From a virus (lineage: Duplodnaviria; Heunggongvirae; Uroviricota; Caudoviricetes), in IMG/VR virus record IMGVR_UViG_3300029071_000015: a DNA stretch of 17,566 nt; one strand, written 5' to 3'. This document shows positions 15,293 through 17,566 of the stretch, piece by piece. The translations under genes and the position numbers were made by a program. The first letter of the stretch is position 1, and every line of letters starts with the position of its first letter. The notes under the pieces were generated by a model. The model was not told the DNA's origin and searched no databases. It saw only the letters and a list, made by a program, of their open reading frames with translations.

Positions 15293-16246
15293 ATGAAAAA
15301 AAACATACGAGTTATACCTAAAAACATTCATAACAAGTTAAAAAGGCTTGGCAATGCAGTTGTTGCTGGCACTTCCATCGCATTTACAGAAGACCAATTA
15401 AAAAATGGTATACTAGAGCACCTTGGAATATACTTTGATAATGGTGTTAATGCTTATGAGACGTCGGTTATACCCGATCCATTGCAAGGCAAATATTCAT
15501 TCAAAAATGTTTTCGGTGAAGAAATCGTAAGAAAAGACCTTCCAAAAGAAACTCATTACACTGAAATTGAGTCACCTAACTGGGGTGATAGTTCTAACGG
15601 TACGCATACTGTTAGATTACCTCACGAGAAATACCCCAGAGATATTATCCCACCAAGACTCATAGCAATTGAAATTAATCACAAACAGTCTTCGGACAGT
15701 CATTTCATATTTAATTTCAGAGTAACTAGAATTTTAGAAAAAAAATCAACCAAGTTTCATGATGAATTATTATTCGACTTAAATCTTCTTCAAGAAAATA
15801 TTGGGAAGTGTGGGATTGAGAATGCTGATAAACCTATATCGACTTATGCTGACACACTCATAGTATCATGGGACATATTTCCACCAGGTAGTAAAGAGGA
15901 AGTTTTAGCAAGAATCTTTAGAGGGAAAAATATCACTACAGATAAGAAAAGTGTTGCTGAAAACAGATATGACTTCTTTATGAGCCTTGATCCTAAAAAA
16001 ATTGTCACAGGTAATAGTACGTTCAGTAATTATATTGGAGCTATGCTAGAGGACGACCTGGTTGTTTTTGAAAATATAGAATATGGTAATGCAATATATA
16101 TCCTCTATGATAACTGGGATGAAATCAGCAAGCTATCTCGAATCGATTTGTTATCAGGAAGAGCAGGCAATAATTTCGATAGAATAATTCATAGTGGTAA
16201 TTGGAAAGACGAGGTGCGAAAAAAAGTTACTAATGGAAGATTATGA
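15293..16246 (+). CDS. Hypothetical protein (cargo gene C, 317 aa, soluble)
   Basis: Start placed at MKKNIRV with RBS tatgaggaaaaaATG, 7 nt after the gene B stop; the longer listed ORF (from 15221) would overlap gene B; followed by a strong terminator. Confidence 0.65.
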   Translation: MKKNIRVIPKNIHNKLKRLGNAVVAGTSIAFTEDQLKNGILEHLGIYFDNGVNAYETSVIPDPLQGKYSFKNVFGEEIVRKDLPKETHYTEIESPNWGDSSNGTHTVRLPHEKYPRDIIPPRLIAIEINHKQSSDSHFIFNFRVTRILEKKSTKFHDELLFDLNLLQENIGKCGIENADKPISTYADTLIVSWDIFPPGSKEEVLARIFRGKNITTDKKSVAENRYDFFMSLDPKKIVTGNSTFSNYIGAMLEDDLVVFENIEYGNAIYILYDNWDEISKLSRIDLLSGRAGNNFDRIIHSGNWKDEVRKKVTNGRL

Positions 16247-16263
16247 TTAAAGTGTTTAACACA

Positions 16264-16300
16264 AAATAAACGCCTATTTAAATTATAGGCGTTTATTTTG
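16264..16300. terminator. Bidirectional intrinsic terminator between cargo gene C and int
   Basis: Hairpin aaacgcctat-ttaaatt-ataggcgttt flanked by an A-run upstream and a T-run downstream; lies between convergent genes. Confidence 0.5.
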
Positions 16301-17566
16301 CTATTGTTTTTTGTTTATTTTAGCAAAATCATAAGGTGTAACTGTTTTGCTTTCATTTGCTTTGAGGTAATCAGCCCACCATTGCACCATCAAGCGACGC
16401 TCATCCAAATGCTCAGAGGTATGAATATACGCAGCACGTACATTATTTCTTTCCGAATGGCTCAACTGCCGTTCAATCGCGTCATCACTCCATAATCCTG
16501 ACTCACCCATAGCACCACGTGCCATCGTTCTGAATCCATGCCCGCAAACTTCAGTTTTCGTGTCATAGCCCATCGCACGCAGGGCGCTATTTACCGTGTT
16601 TTCACTCATAACCTTAGTTGCGTCATGATCCCCAGGAAACAGCAGCTCTTTATCACCACTAATTTGCTTGAGCTGCTCTAATAAAACCATCGCCTGCCGA
16701 CTGAGAGGAACGATATGCTCCTCTTTCATCTTCATGCCACGGTATGAGTAACGCACGCCTTTAATTTCTTCTCGCTTTGCCGGTATGCGCCAAAGAGATT
16801 TATCGAAGTCGAATTCATCCCAACGCGCGAAACGTAACTCACTGGAACGCACAAAAGTTAGTAAGGAAAGCTCGACAGCGATCCGTGTCATTACACGGCC
16901 ACGATAAGCAGCAAGCCGAGCAAGAAACTCAGGGAACCGGCTTGAGGGTAAAGCGGGGTAATGTCGCGCTTTGGTTGTCGATAGCGCACCGGCCATATCA
17001 CTGGCTGGATTTGATTCGATGTAATCGTTCTGTACGGCATAACGCATGATCGCCGTGACGCGCTGTTGCAAGCGCTGAGCGACGTCATGCTTTCCACTGG
17101 CATCAACTTTTTTAATCGGGGCTAACAGGTGGCTGGTTTTGAGCTGGCGAATGTCGGACGAACCGATATGAGGAAAAATATAAAGCTCAAGATATCGAAG
17201 AACGCGCGATCGATGGTCTTCACTCCATCGCTTGTTACAGGCATGCCATTCACGAGCAATGTTTTCGAAAGTATATGCCCCTGAATTCTCGGCTTGAGCT
17301 TCTTTCTGTTCGGCTTTTGGGTCAATGCCCTGCACTAACAGCTTTTTAGCTTCATCGCGCTTTGCTCTTGCCTGAGCAAGAGTCACTGTAGGCCAAACAC
17401 CAAAAGCAAGGCGATCCTCTTTTTTGTCTGAGGGGCGTCTGTATTTCATGCGCCAGTATTTAGAACCCTTGGCCGACACTTCAAGATACAACCCCCCGCC
17501 ATCGGCCATTTTGTAGGTTTTGTCTTTCGGCTTTGCGGTCTCGACCTGTCTGGCGTTGAGCTTCAT
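16301..17566 (-). CDS. int: P4-family tyrosine integrase (site-specific recombinase), intact
   Basis: 421-aa ORF; catalytic HxxR (HGFRTMARG) and C-terminal Tyr region (VRAAYIHTSEH); start codon is the last three bases of the window, so the promoter, att site and presumed tRNA lie beyond the window. Confidence 0.9.
   Translation of the reverse strand: MKLNARQVETAKPKDKTYKMADGGGLYLEVSAKGSKYWRMKYRRPSDKKEDRLAFGVWPTVTLAQARAKRDEAKKLLVQGIDPKAEQKEAQAENSGAYTFENIAREWHACNKRWSEDHRSRVLRYLELYIFPHIGSSDIRQLKTSHLLAPIKKVDASGKHDVAQRLQQRVTAIMRYAVQNDYIESNPASDMAGALSTTKARHYPALPSSRFPEFLARLAAYRGRVMTRIAVELSLLTFVRSSELRFARWDEFDFDKSLWRIPAKREEIKGVRYSYRGMKMKEEHIVPLSRQAMVLLEQLKQISGDKELLFPGDHDATKVMSENTVNSALRAMGYDTKTEVCGHGFRTMARGAMGESGLWSDDAIERQLSHSERNNVRAAYIHTSEHLDERRLMVQWWADYLKANESKTVTPYDFAKINKKQ

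Overview
This window appears to be an enterobacterial (E. coli-like) tRNA-proximal integration hotspot holding two tandem P4-family phage satellites, each carrying a different AT-rich cargo in the psu-to-int position. It opens with a sialate O-acetylesterase gene (nanS-like, 1..987) and ends exactly at the start codon of a P4-type integrase (16301..17566). All homology calls are from motif reading and recalled family sequences, not from searches. Element 1 (about 6936..17566) looks intact: integrase, a three-gene cargo cassette of unknown function (13669..16246), a variant cos site, psu, an ogr/delta-like zinc-finger activator, a sid-like gene, an iteron-rich ori-like region, an AlpA/Vis-like regulator, small genes, an alpha-type primase-helicase and a crr-like iteron region. 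A 19-bp remnant resembling the reverse complement of a tRNA-Leu 3' end (6917..6935) separates it from element 2. Element 2 (about 2567..6935) is decayed: a frameshifted integrase, a complete PvuII-like C-protein-controlled Type II restriction-modification system (3604..5430), a canonical P2/P4 cos site, psu with two in-frame stops, an internally deleted delta and only the last 44 codons of sid. The sid truncation coincides exactly with one arm of a 46-bp inverted repeat (1305..1350 / 2521..2566) that brackets a 1.26-kb AT-rich segment encoding an unrecognised membrane protein. The most interesting candidate for an undescribed system is the three-gene cassette at 13669..16246 (soluble protein, 4-TM protein, soluble protein), sitting where P4-like satellites are known to carry anti-phage systems.
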